Part shown: positions 56,378 to 64,000 of the stretch, piece after piece | How positions within the stretch are numbered: the first letter of the stretch is position 1 | Layout of the letters: each line of letters opens with the position of its first letter | Source: a virus | Virus record (IMG/VR): IMGVR_UViG_3300033990_000306 | Coordinates: 1-64,000 of that record | Direction: 5' to 3' (one strand) | Length of the DNA: 64,000 bases | Notes under the pieces: model-generated | Told to the model about the DNA's origin: nothing | The model's input: only the letters and a program-made list of their open reading frames with translations | Databases searched by the model: none | Translations under genes and position numbers: made by a program

Positions 56378-56941
56378 TTGGGCGACAAAGAGGTAGAGGA
56401 AGCTATAAGGAGTTTGATGAAAGTAATGGAGGAAAATTATAATTGGAAGTTTACAGAAGAAGAGTATAGAGAAACTCCAGTAAGAGTTAAGGAAATGTAT
56501 AAAGAGTGGTATGGTAATAACACTTATGAGAAAATGACTGCATTTGACCCTATAAATAAATTTGACTCACTAATAAGTTTGTCAAATATATCATATGGAG
56601 CTATATGTAGTCATCACTTAATGCCTTTTACTGGTAAGGTTTCTATAGTATATTTGCCTAGTAATAAAATTCTTGGGGCTAGTAAGTTAGCCCGTTATGT
56701 TAATAAATTTGCTTATAGACCAACCACTCAGGAAATAATGACAGAGAGTATAGCAAAAGCTATAATGGAAGAAACTTCTGCTAGGGCAGTTATGGTTTAT
56801 AGTACTGGTACACATACTTGTATGACTATGAGAGGAGTTAAGAAGAATGAAGCTACGTTTAAAGTTTCTACAATATTAGGAGACTTTAAAGTATTTCCGA
56901 GTTTGAAAGAAGAAGCTTTTGAGTTGGCGGAGAAGGAATAA
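56378..56941 (+). CDS. folE: GTP cyclohydrolase I
   Basis: ETP.RV, CSHHLMPF.G, G.SKLAR, QE, HTCMTMRGV. Confidence 0.93.
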   Translation: MGDKEVEEAIRSLMKVMEENYNWKFTEEEYRETPVRVKEMYKEWYGNNTYEKMTAFDPINKFDSLISLSNISYGAICSHHLMPFTGKVSIVYLPSNKILGASKLARYVNKFAYRPTTQEIMTESIAKAIMEETSARAVMVYSTGTHTCMTMRGVKKNEATFKVSTILGDFKVFPSLKEEAFELAEKE

Positions 56942-57876
56942 TGATATACGTAATTACTTTACCGAGTATAGAAACTAGGTATACAGGACAATGGTATAAG
57001 TGGATGTGGAATTATGTTGATTCTACTAAAAGACAAGACATAAGAGTTATGGGAGACAATCTAGCTATTAAAATTCCACCTACAGAATTTTTAGATTTTC
57101 GTCAGTATTATTTTAAAGTTTATCCTTTTTTAATGGCTACTATAAAAGTAATTAAGAGTGGAGATACAGTATTTTTTATGGACGGAGAAACTGCTGGAGT
57201 AGAAGCTTTTGAGTACATAAGGAAAATGGAAAATATAAAAGTGGACATAAGAACATTTTGGCATTCAGGGACTTATGATAAGTATGACTTGACAGCCATA
57301 AGAGGAGTTCACGGAGAGAATTTTGAGAAAGGATGGTTTGATATAACTGACAAGATTTATGTTAGTAGTGATTTCCATAAGAGACTATTAGTGGAGTCTC
57401 GTGGGGTAGAGAAAGAGAAGATAATAGTGACGGGCAATCCTCTAGATTTGAATTTGTTTAGTGATGGTACTAAGACAATAAAGACTAACAATGTTATGTA
57501 TGCTGGGAGATTAGTACCTGAGAAAGGTTATGACATAGTAAAAGAATTAAGAAAAAAGAGAATTGATATTACAGTTAGCTTGGAAAATAAATGGGACAAG
57601 AAGAGATTTTATGAAGAGTTAGCGGCTAGTAAAGTATTGTTTTCTCCTTCGAAACAAGATATGTTTGCTACGGCTTGTATGGAAGCATTTGGGTCTAATG
57701 TTCCAGTATTAGTGCCTGACATAGAAAACTATAAAGAAATAGTTCCAGAAAGGTATAGGTATAAAAAGTTGGAAGATATTGACTGGAATAATTTAGAAAA
57801 ATTGTCTACTGGCAATGAAAGGAAATTAGTAGAGAAATTTCAGTATGAAAAAGTAATGGAGGAATGGTTTAAATGA
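56941..57876 (+). CDS. GT-B glycosyltransferase within deazaguanine cluster
   Basis: IETRYTGQW, WHSGTYD.YD, AGRLVPEKG, QD.F....EA. Confidence 0.8.
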   Translation: MIYVITLPSIETRYTGQWYKWMWNYVDSTKRQDIRVMGDNLAIKIPPTEFLDFRQYYFKVYPFLMATIKVIKSGDTVFFMDGETAGVEAFEYIRKMENIKVDIRTFWHSGTYDKYDLTAIRGVHGENFEKGWFDITDKIYVSSDFHKRLLVESRGVEKEKIIVTGNPLDLNLFSDGTKTIKTNNVMYAGRLVPEKGYDIVKELRKKRIDITVSLENKWDKKRFYEELAASKVLFSPSKQDMFATACMEAFGSNVPVLVPDIENYKEIVPERYRYKKLEDIDWNNLEKLSTGNERKLVEKFQYEKVMEEWFK

Positions 57877-58211
57877 TAACATATGTGTATTGTACATTTC
57901 AGAAAGAAGGATTTCACAAATGGAATGGAGCTACAGAAATTCCAGAGGTTAGTTATTTAGCTAACAAGCATAGACATATATTTCATTATAAGGTTGGGGT
58001 TTCAGTAGAGCATAATGATAGAGAAGTAGAGTTTATTATGTTAAAACACCAATTAGAAACTTTCGTTGATAAATGGAATAAGGAAGATTATGGAAGTTGT
58101 GAAACTCAGGCTTCTAGAATTTATGGGTATTTAGTTTACAATTATAGTAATAGAAATTATTTTGTAGAAGTTTCAGAAGACGGAGAGAATGGAAGTATAA
58201 TGTTAAGTTAA
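57873..58211 (+). CDS. queD: 6-carboxytetrahydropterin synthase, viral QueD-like
   Basis: EGFH.W, L...HRH.F, DREVEF, SCE, VSEDGENG; context. Confidence 0.75.
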   Translation: MITYVYCTFQKEGFHKWNGATEIPEVSYLANKHRHIFHYKVGVSVEHNDREVEFIMLKHQLETFVDKWNKEDYGSCETQASRIYGYLVYNYSNRNYFVEVSEDGENGSIMLS

Positions 58212-58257
58212 TGTGAATACGAAGATATATTTATATAGCATTTAGTTATATGAAACT

Positions 58258-59820
58258 ATGACAGAAGTATATTTTAGCGGAATAGAAGGTTCATTAGACG
58301 AATTAAAAGTTATGTTCGAGAATGGTTATAAAATTAATAACCTAATGACTTCATTCGCTTCTTTTAGAAGGATTCCCAAATTCATTGAGGAATTAAAAGA
58401 AATGAAAGACAAATATAAGTTTAAGTTAATTGTTGATAGTGGGGCTCACGCATTTCTTTTTGCTCTTAATGTTAAGAATAAAAAAATTACTAAGGGTTGG
58501 CACGATGAGGCTCAAATAGTGAAAGAGTTTGAGGGGAGAGAGGAAGAATACTTTGAGGAGTATTTTAATTGGTTAGACACTCACAGAGATTATTATGACT
58601 ATGCTGTAGAGTTAGACATAGCTACAGTAGTTGGAGAAGAGAAAGTGAGTGAATGGAGAAAGAAATTGGCGGAGTCTAAACTTCCTATTATTTATGTCTT
58701 ACACGCAAATGCGGGGGATACTTTTAAGACTGTTGAGTATTTTAAAGAGTTGGGAGCTACTTATATAGGTATAGGAGCATTGCCAGAAGAGTTTAATAAA
58801 ATGTTAATGTTTGCGAGAGAAATAAGAAAGAATGGAATGAGTGTTCATATTTTTGCTTTTACTCCTAAAGAGTTGTTTAAGTATAAGGACATATTGAGTA
58901 GCGTGGACTCTACTTCTTGGTTGAGTGGAAGTAAATTAGCTAAAGCTGTAGAATTAAAAGGTAAGAGTTTAGTAGACGTTAATTTGAAAGAAGACAAGTT
59001 AAAGAAAATGTCAATACTCAGAGACAAGTTTTTTGATATGTTTGGGAGAAAGAAGGTAGAAGAGAAAACAAAAGGTAATCAGTATTGGTATTTTAATTTC
59101 TGGAATTTGTCTCAATACCAGAAATGGGCAGACAAGAATAATGGAGTTAAAGGTTATACTAAACAGTTGCAGGAAATAGAAGAAGGAGTTTTACCAGCAC
59201 CTAGTTGGATGAATAATTTTGACAAGAATGGAATGCCTAAAACAAAATATTTAGCTAGTAGGTTTAATAATTACAGAAGTGGGGCGTTTGCTAAAGGAAT
59301 ACAAAGTATGGCTATGTTTTGTGATATGTGTCCAGTTGGAGGACAGAGTGCAACAGGAGAACCTTTATGTCCTAAGTATGGTGCAGGAGAGGTCTGTTTC
59401 TTCTTACCGTACTGGAAAAAGTTGGGAATGAATACTAGGAATAAGCAACAGGTAGTAAGGACTCTAGAAGACTTGGTAGCAGAAGCTATAGTGAGGTGGC
59501 AATTCGCTAGGTTTCAAGAACAGTTGACTGGTGTTATAGACAAGAACGTAACTGCCCTTTATAAAGAGTTAGTGAGTTCTTTGGAGTTATATAATAGAGT
59601 AGCCTTTGGAGTACAGAATGTTAATACTCTTAATATGCTTAATATAGGAGACAATAAAGTTCAGGTGAGTATGAATTTTGATGATGCTCTTGAAAAGGTG
59701 AGAGAAGTTTATGGAGAGAAACTCTCTAAGAAGATAGAAAAGAAAATAACAGAAGCATACGAAAATAAGGGAGAGAATGAAGAAATTGACTTCACAGAGA
59801 ATAAACACCCACAAGAATAA
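58258..59820 (+). CDS. dpdA: DpdA-like DNA transglycosylase (TGT fold) with Cys-rich/helical C-terminal extension
   Basis: IVDSGA..F, ELD, PIIYVLH, YIGIG, VHIFA, SVDSTSW; C-terminal CDMC...CPKY...C. Confidence 0.75.
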   Translation: MTEVYFSGIEGSLDELKVMFENGYKINNLMTSFASFRRIPKFIEELKEMKDKYKFKLIVDSGAHAFLFALNVKNKKITKGWHDEAQIVKEFEGREEEYFEEYFNWLDTHRDYYDYAVELDIATVVGEEKVSEWRKKLAESKLPIIYVLHANAGDTFKTVEYFKELGATYIGIGALPEEFNKMLMFAREIRKNGMSVHIFAFTPKELFKYKDILSSVDSTSWLSGSKLAKAVELKGKSLVDVNLKEDKLKKMSILRDKFFDMFGRKKVEEKTKGNQYWYFNFWNLSQYQKWADKNNGVKGYTKQLQEIEEGVLPAPSWMNNFDKNGMPKTKYLASRFNNYRSGAFAKGIQSMAMFCDMCPVGGQSATGEPLCPKYGAGEVCFFLPYWKKLGMNTRNKQQVVRTLEDLVAEAIVRWQFARFQEQLTGVIDKNVTALYKELVSSLELYNRVAFGVQNVNTLNMLNIGDNKVQVSMNFDDALEKVREVYGEKLSKKIEKKITEAYENKGENEEIDFTENKHPQE

Positions 59821-59862
59821 GAATAAGTCGTCTAGCGATTTATAAATTTGAGGTGAATAATA

Positions 59863-61278
59863 ATGGCTGAAAGAATAGACTATACAAATATATTTAAGTC
59901 CCCAACTTTGTTTGCTATGAAGGTTTTAAAGGTAATGCCGTTGAGACACCAAGCACAAATATTAGAAGACGAAAGTTCAAGAATATTAATAGTAAGTGGA
60001 AGACAGGCTGGCAAGTCTACTCTCTTAGCAATTAAAGCTTTATGGACAGCTTTTGTTAAACCTTCACAGGACATACTAATAGTAGCCCCAACACTAAGAC
60101 AGAGCCGAGTAGTATACCAACGAATAACAGACTTTATACTTTCCTCAAAAGAAGTTAAAGCTCACATTTTAAAAAGTAATATGGAAGAAACTAGATTTGA
60201 CAATGGGAGTTATATTCGTTGCTTAACAGCTTCAAAGACTGGAGAAACTATAAGAGGGTTTAGTGCTACTATGTTAATATTTGACGAAGCTGGGAGTATA
60301 GAGAATGATGAAGTGTTTTCAGCAGTAGAGCCTTCTTTGGCGGTTAAAGGAGAACAATTAATACTAAGCGGTACACCAAGAGGAAAGAGGGGTTACTTTT
60401 ATAATAACTATGCAACCAATGACAAAACAAAGCGTTGGCAAATATATAAGTTTACTTCGAGAGTTAACCCAATAATAACAGAAGACTACTTAAAAGAGGA
60501 AAGGGCTAATATGACTGAGAATAGGTACTTAGAGGAGTATGAAGCAGAGTTTATTGACGAAATAGGGCTGTTTTATCCTCAAGAGTTAGTAGCCCAATGT
60601 TCAGAAGACTATACTTATACATTAGAGAGAGAGGAAGGTTATAAGTATTATTTGGGTGCAGACATAAGTAGAGCAGGTAGTGATGAGACTAGTATAGTTA
60701 TTATTGCTGTACCTGACGACCCAATTAGAAAGATTAGAGTAGTTTGGGCGGAAGGATTAAAGTATAGTGATATAACAGTATCCTCCAGAGAAATAATAAG
60801 GAAGGCTTTAGCTATAGGAGTAGAACAAGTGTTAGTTGATGCTATAGGAATAGGAGGGGGAGTATATGATATTATTCAGAAAGAGTTGGGGAGTAGTAAG
60901 GTTACTGCCGTTACTCTTGAAGGAGAAAGAAGGGAGACTGCCTATACTAATTTAAAGATAATGCTGGAGAAGAGAAGGTTAATACTTAATGAGAATGACA
61001 CTAAAATGTATCACCAGTTTAGTAGTTACTCTTTAAAAGAAAAAGTAGGAGGAGGAATAAGAATAGTAAAGAGTGAGGAAATACACGATGATATAGTTGA
61101 CGGCTTAGTGTTGGCTTTGTATGGAGTAGAGAGTATTACTAAGTTTACAGTTTTTGAAGGAGTTAATTTAGACAATGATTTCTTTAAGAATTGGGCAGAA
61201 CAGAGTGCAATGCAGTCAGTTATAAAGTCTCCACTTAATTCGCCTTTCTATTATCCGTTAGACTATTTGGAGAAGTAA
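59863..61278 (+). CDS. terL: terminase large subunit
   Basis: GRQAGKS, APTLRQS, IRG, FDEA, SGTPRG..G.FY, EYEAEF, GADI, HDDIVD. Confidence 0.93.
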   Translation: MAERIDYTNIFKSPTLFAMKVLKVMPLRHQAQILEDESSRILIVSGRQAGKSTLLAIKALWTAFVKPSQDILIVAPTLRQSRVVYQRITDFILSSKEVKAHILKSNMEETRFDNGSYIRCLTASKTGETIRGFSATMLIFDEAGSIENDEVFSAVEPSLAVKGEQLILSGTPRGKRGYFYNNYATNDKTKRWQIYKFTSRVNPIITEDYLKEERANMTENRYLEEYEAEFIDEIGLFYPQELVAQCSEDYTYTLEREEGYKYYLGADISRAGSDETSIVIIAVPDDPIRKIRVVWAEGLKYSDITVSSREIIRKALAIGVEQVLVDAIGIGGGVYDIIQKELGSSKVTAVTLEGERRETAYTNLKIMLEKRRLILNENDTKMYHQFSSYSLKEKVGGGIRIVKSEEIHDDIVDGLVLALYGVESITKFTVFEGVNLDNDFFKNWAEQSAMQSVIKSPLNSPFYYPLDYLEK

Positions 61279-61325
61279 CAATAAATTTATATATAAATTT
61301 TATATAATGGGAATAAGGGAAGATT

Positions 61326-61553
61326 ATGGAAGAGAGTAGTAAATTAGAGAATTATAAGGTTGTAAAGAGAATAGAGAAGATAGAAGAGTTGTCTGGAGTT
61401 TATCTCAAAATGGCTCTCAATAAACATAAGACTGTTGGGGCTTTAAAGTTCAGAGAACAGACTGAGAGAGAGGCTTTGGAGGAAATAATAAGAGAGGTAA
61501 GAGTAATAGAGGACATTCTTGTGAATGATTTGGGCGAGAAGGTGATAGAATGA
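61326..61553 (+). CDS. hypothetical protein
   Basis: ORF with TATA and SD. Confidence 0.55.
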   Translation: MEESSKLENYKVVKRIEKIEELSGVYLKMALNKHKTVGALKFREQTEREALEEIIREVRVIEDILVNDLGEKVIE

Positions 61554-61747
61554 GTAGGGAGAAAAGAGTAAGACTAATTGAGAAAACGTTTAAAGACAGA
61601 AGTAAAATAGTGTGGATGACAGTAGAGACTAATGAGAGGCTTAAGAAAATAAAGAAGGAATTACGTTTAGCCGCAATGGAGGATGTCCTTATTTATTTGT
61701 TAACATTGCAGGACGAGGTTAAGAAAGCTCAGGAAGAAAGAAAGTAA
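61550..61747 (+). CDS. ribbon-helix-helix-like DNA-binding protein
   Basis: IVWMTVET.ERLK.IK...EDVL.YLL. Confidence 0.5.
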   Translation: MSREKRVRLIEKTFKDRSKIVWMTVETNERLKKIKKELRLAAMEDVLIYLLTLQDEVKKAQEERK

Positions 61748-61960
61748 ATGTGGTATAACTTGTATTTGAATGATGGTACTCAGGTGAGGATTAATTTATT
61801 TTCGAGAAGAGACGGGAAATTCAGAGGAGTTGGAGTGGACGGAAAAGACTTAGTTATAAGTGAGAGTGACGTTCAGAATATAAAGTTGGCAGAAGGTAAT
61901 AATGACTATTATGGTTACTCAACAACATTCGGAGGTGTAGAGGGAATTGGATATGGATAA
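61748..61960 (+). CDS. hypothetical protein
   Basis: ORF in operon. Confidence 0.5.
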   Translation: MWYNLYLNDGTQVRINLFSRRDGKFRGVGVDGKDLVISESDVQNIKLAEGNNDYYGYSTTFGGVEGIGYG

Positions 61961-62219
61961 GTATAGAGAGAAGGAAGAGTGGACTACAATAGGCGGGTAT
62001 ATATTAGGAGAGAAAATGCCAGTACTAATTTCTACTGGGGATATTGCGGTTACTATTACATTGCCGAAGTTGGGGTTAAGTGGAAGAGGAATTAGTTATA
62101 GAGAAGCATACTGGAGACTGTTGTATGAGTTTGAGAGGGCTTTAAAAGAGCCTAAAGAGTTTGATGATATTGAATGGAAGAGGTTGAGGGTTATTAATAG
62201 GTTAAAGGAGGAAAAATAA
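61947..62219 (+). CDS. HicB-N-like small protein
   Basis: LP.LGL.G.G.SY.EA...L. Confidence 0.45.
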   Translation: MDMDKYREKEEWTTIGGYILGEKMPVLISTGDIAVTITLPKLGLSGRGISYREAYWRLLYEFERALKEPKEFDDIEWKRLRVINRLKEEK

Positions 62220-62220
62220 T

Positions 62221-62499
62221 ATGAGTAATTTGTTGGAGAAAGCTAAGGAGCTTAAAATAGACAAACCACCAGAAGAAAGTCCAAAGGAGAGTATAATAAA
62301 AGAGCCTAAGTTGAAGCCAGAAACGTCTAAAGAAAAATTTAGAAAGTATAGTCCGCCTTCTACTACGTGGTATACTCAATGGAGTTATACTTCGGGAAAT
62401 GATTATACAACTACAGTTACAGTACCAGCAACTTCTTGGACTATTAGCCCTATAAGTACAACCATAACATATGTAAACACTTCGGTTTGGAGTATATAG
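62221..62499 (+). CDS. paralog 1 of shared-N-terminus family
   Basis: MSNLLEKAKELKIDKPPE. Confidence 0.6.
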   Translation: MSNLLEKAKELKIDKPPEESPKESIIKEPKLKPETSKEKFRKYSPPSTTWYTQWSYTSGNDYTTTVTVPATSWTISPISTTITYVNTSVWSI

Positions 62500-62508
62500 A
62501 GTAATAGT

Positions 62509-62694
62509 ATGAGTACACTACTGAGTAAGGCGAATGAAATTAAAATAGAAAGGGTGCCCGAAACTGGAGTTGTTTTTAACTCTAGTGAAACAATGTTAAT
62601 AACTCAAACCTATTTTGACTTGGCGGTTAATAAGTTTGGGAAAACATTTAAGCCCAATATTCTAGTAACAATAAGTACTACTAGTTGTAGTTAA
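62509..62694 (+). CDS. paralog 2 of shared-N-terminus family
   Basis: MSTLLSKANEIKIERVPE. Confidence 0.6.
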   Translation: MSTLLSKANEIKIERVPETGVVFNSSETMLITQTYFDLAVNKFGKTFKPNILVTISTTSCS

Positions 62695-62721
62695 AGTATT
62701 ATTTAAATTTGAGGGGAGAGT

Positions 62722-62922
62722 ATGAGTACATTAATGGACAAGGCTAAGGAGATTAATATAGAGAAGTCACCAGAGGAAGAAGAGGAGTATAGTGTTGAGA
62801 AGGAGACACAACTTTTAGCCCAAATAAATGAAGAAGACCCGATGAAGTTGGTTGCTATAACTGTTACTTCTTTGGCGGTAATATTTATTCTTTTGCTTCT
62901 TTATCTTTGGCCTTATTTATGA
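62722..62922 (+). CDS. paralog 3 of shared-N-terminus family, C-terminal TM
   Basis: MSTLMDKAKEINIEKSPE. Confidence 0.6.
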   Translation: MSTLMDKAKEINIEKSPEEEEEYSVEKETQLLAQINEEDPMKLVAITVTSLAVIFILLLLYLWPYL

Positions 62923-63189
62923 GTTCTTTAGGCGTGAGTATGAAGGGGACTAATAGTAAAGAGTATAGTGTGAAGACGAAGATTGGCGGGGTATTAATTT
63001 TTGTGGGGAAGAGGAGAGTAATATAATAAGGAGAAAGGAGTATTAAAGCAATAAAGTATTATAATATTATAGCTAAAAACTACATTCACCGCAGGTGGCT
63101 GTTGAGGTATAATTGTCTTAGTATAAAAGTGAAAATATTTCTGCCCGTGTATAATTTTTATAAAACTATTTAAACTTTTCCTATAAATT

Positions 63190-63412
63190 TAAACTACAAA
63201 ATATTTATATACTACTTAGGTCAAACTATATAAACTTTTTTTAATTTTAATTACTACAAAAACTTTTTATAAAATTAGAGAATTAGGGATTATCGACTCT
63301 ATGTAACCATAGGGGGAGCAGGGGGGAGTGGAAAAAGAAAAACACTATATAAAGAAAAATTTGCGACCAGAACTACAAAACATTTATATAAAATTAACGA
63401 ATTAGGAATTAC
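63190..63412 (+). repeat. AT-rich direct repeats / promoter array
   Basis: ACTACAAAA-N1-2-TTT(A/T)TATA three times; two copies extend to AAATTA..GAATTAGG.ATTA. Confidence 0.65.
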
Positions 63413-63449
63413 AGACCCTATAGAAAAATAGGGATGGGAGTGACAACGA

Positions 63450-63944
63450 ATGTCTAAGAAGGACAGACAGGTAGAACCTGTGGAAAACGGAAATGGAGCA
63501 GCCGTTGGTGGTACCATACCAGAAGCCACCAGCGAAAACGTACCTGAAGTGAGTCAGGAAGCCAAGGACTTGGCTACTGAATTTGGGAAATCACCAGAAG
63601 AAGTGCAAAAAGAAATAGACGCACTACTTCAAGAGCCTGCACCTAAAAGGGGCGGAGCAGGTAGAACTGCCATAGAGAAAACGCCCGGTGAAGAGCTTAG
63701 GTTCCATAAAGGCACAAGTGGAGCCCTTGCTATATTTGAGGCGAGAATGGCTGGCAATAGGAAGTCGCCAACTGAGCCTAAGAAGTTCAGACTCATAATA
63801 ACCAACAGTGGGGTTCGCTGTGAGTATATGGACAAAAAGGGCACGCACGGCTTTAACAAGAAGCCAGCAGACCTTAGCGAAGCAGGGTGGAAGCAGTTCG
63901 CTCAGACAGAGTTTGTGTCTCTGAGGAATTTGCCTATAAAGTAG
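63450..63944 (+). CDS. hypothetical protein, visibly higher GC
   Basis: ORF with upstream promoter repeat and SD, T-tract downstream. Confidence 0.7.
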   Translation: MSKKDRQVEPVENGNGAAVGGTIPEATSENVPEVSQEAKDLATEFGKSPEEVQKEIDALLQEPAPKRGGAGRTAIEKTPGEELRFHKGTSGALAIFEARMAGNRKSPTEPKKFRLIITNSGVRCEYMDKKGTHGFNKKPADLSEAGWKQFAQTEFVSLRNLPIK

Positions 63945-63947
63945 GCA

Positions 63948-63968
63948 TTTTTCTTTTTTTTTGTTTGT
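63948..63968 (+). terminator. oligo-T archaeal terminator
   Basis: Long T-tract right after stop codon. Confidence 0.65.
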
Positions 63969-64000
63969 TAGTTTGTGAATAGGGAAGAGGTGAGAATAGT

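Noticed and set aside
63310-63331. G-quadruplex
   Set aside because: Only two long G-runs plus GG; not enough for a confident intramolecular G4
128-63859. Numerous short minus-strand ORFs and alternate-frame plus-strand ORFs in the track
   Set aside because: They shadow well-supported plus-strand genes and lack motifs or start signals; only 22293..23009 is credible
1-64000. Provirus, integrase, IS elements, inteins
   Set aside because: No recombinase or transposase, no host housekeeping flank, and PolB, RNR and TerL are normal length without intein motifs

Overview
This 64-kb window is a large part of an AT-rich, tailed archaeal virus genome (Caudoviricetes, HK97-type head). No tail sheath gene was found, so it is probably a siphovirus. 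Archaeal signs are TATA-box promoters, GGTGA/GAGG Shine-Dalgarno sites, a fused PriS-PriL primase, RadA/B-like, RPA-like and ERCC4 proteins, PolB and DUF2341 proteins. A Thermoplasmatales-like or other acidophilic host is an inference only. Almost all genes are on the + strand. Order: small early genes (1-5.3 kb); Ro60/TROVE gene preceded by two Y-RNA-like hairpins; portal; zinc-finger proteins; PRTase, Gmd and a glycosyltransferase; tail fibre and minor virion proteins; prohead protease, scaffold and MCP; class II RNR; adaptor, SpeD, tail tube, chaperone, tape measure and hub; replication/recombination block; 7-deazaguanine DNA-modification cluster (QueE, FolE, GT, QueD, DpdA); large terminase; small genes and an AT-rich repeat region. 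Main findings: (1) a Ro60 plus tandem minimal Y-RNA locus with compensatory base changes, and a separate tRNA-like element; (2) a QueC-less, glycosyltransferase-containing deazaguanine cluster whose DpdA has a long C-terminal extension next to TerL; (3) a recurring S-T-T motif in virion proteins alongside three GTs and Gmd; (4) two probable ribosomal frameshifts; (5) codon-level avoidance of GATC, CATG, CCWGG and GCWGC. All calls are by manual motif recognition; no searches or counts were computed.
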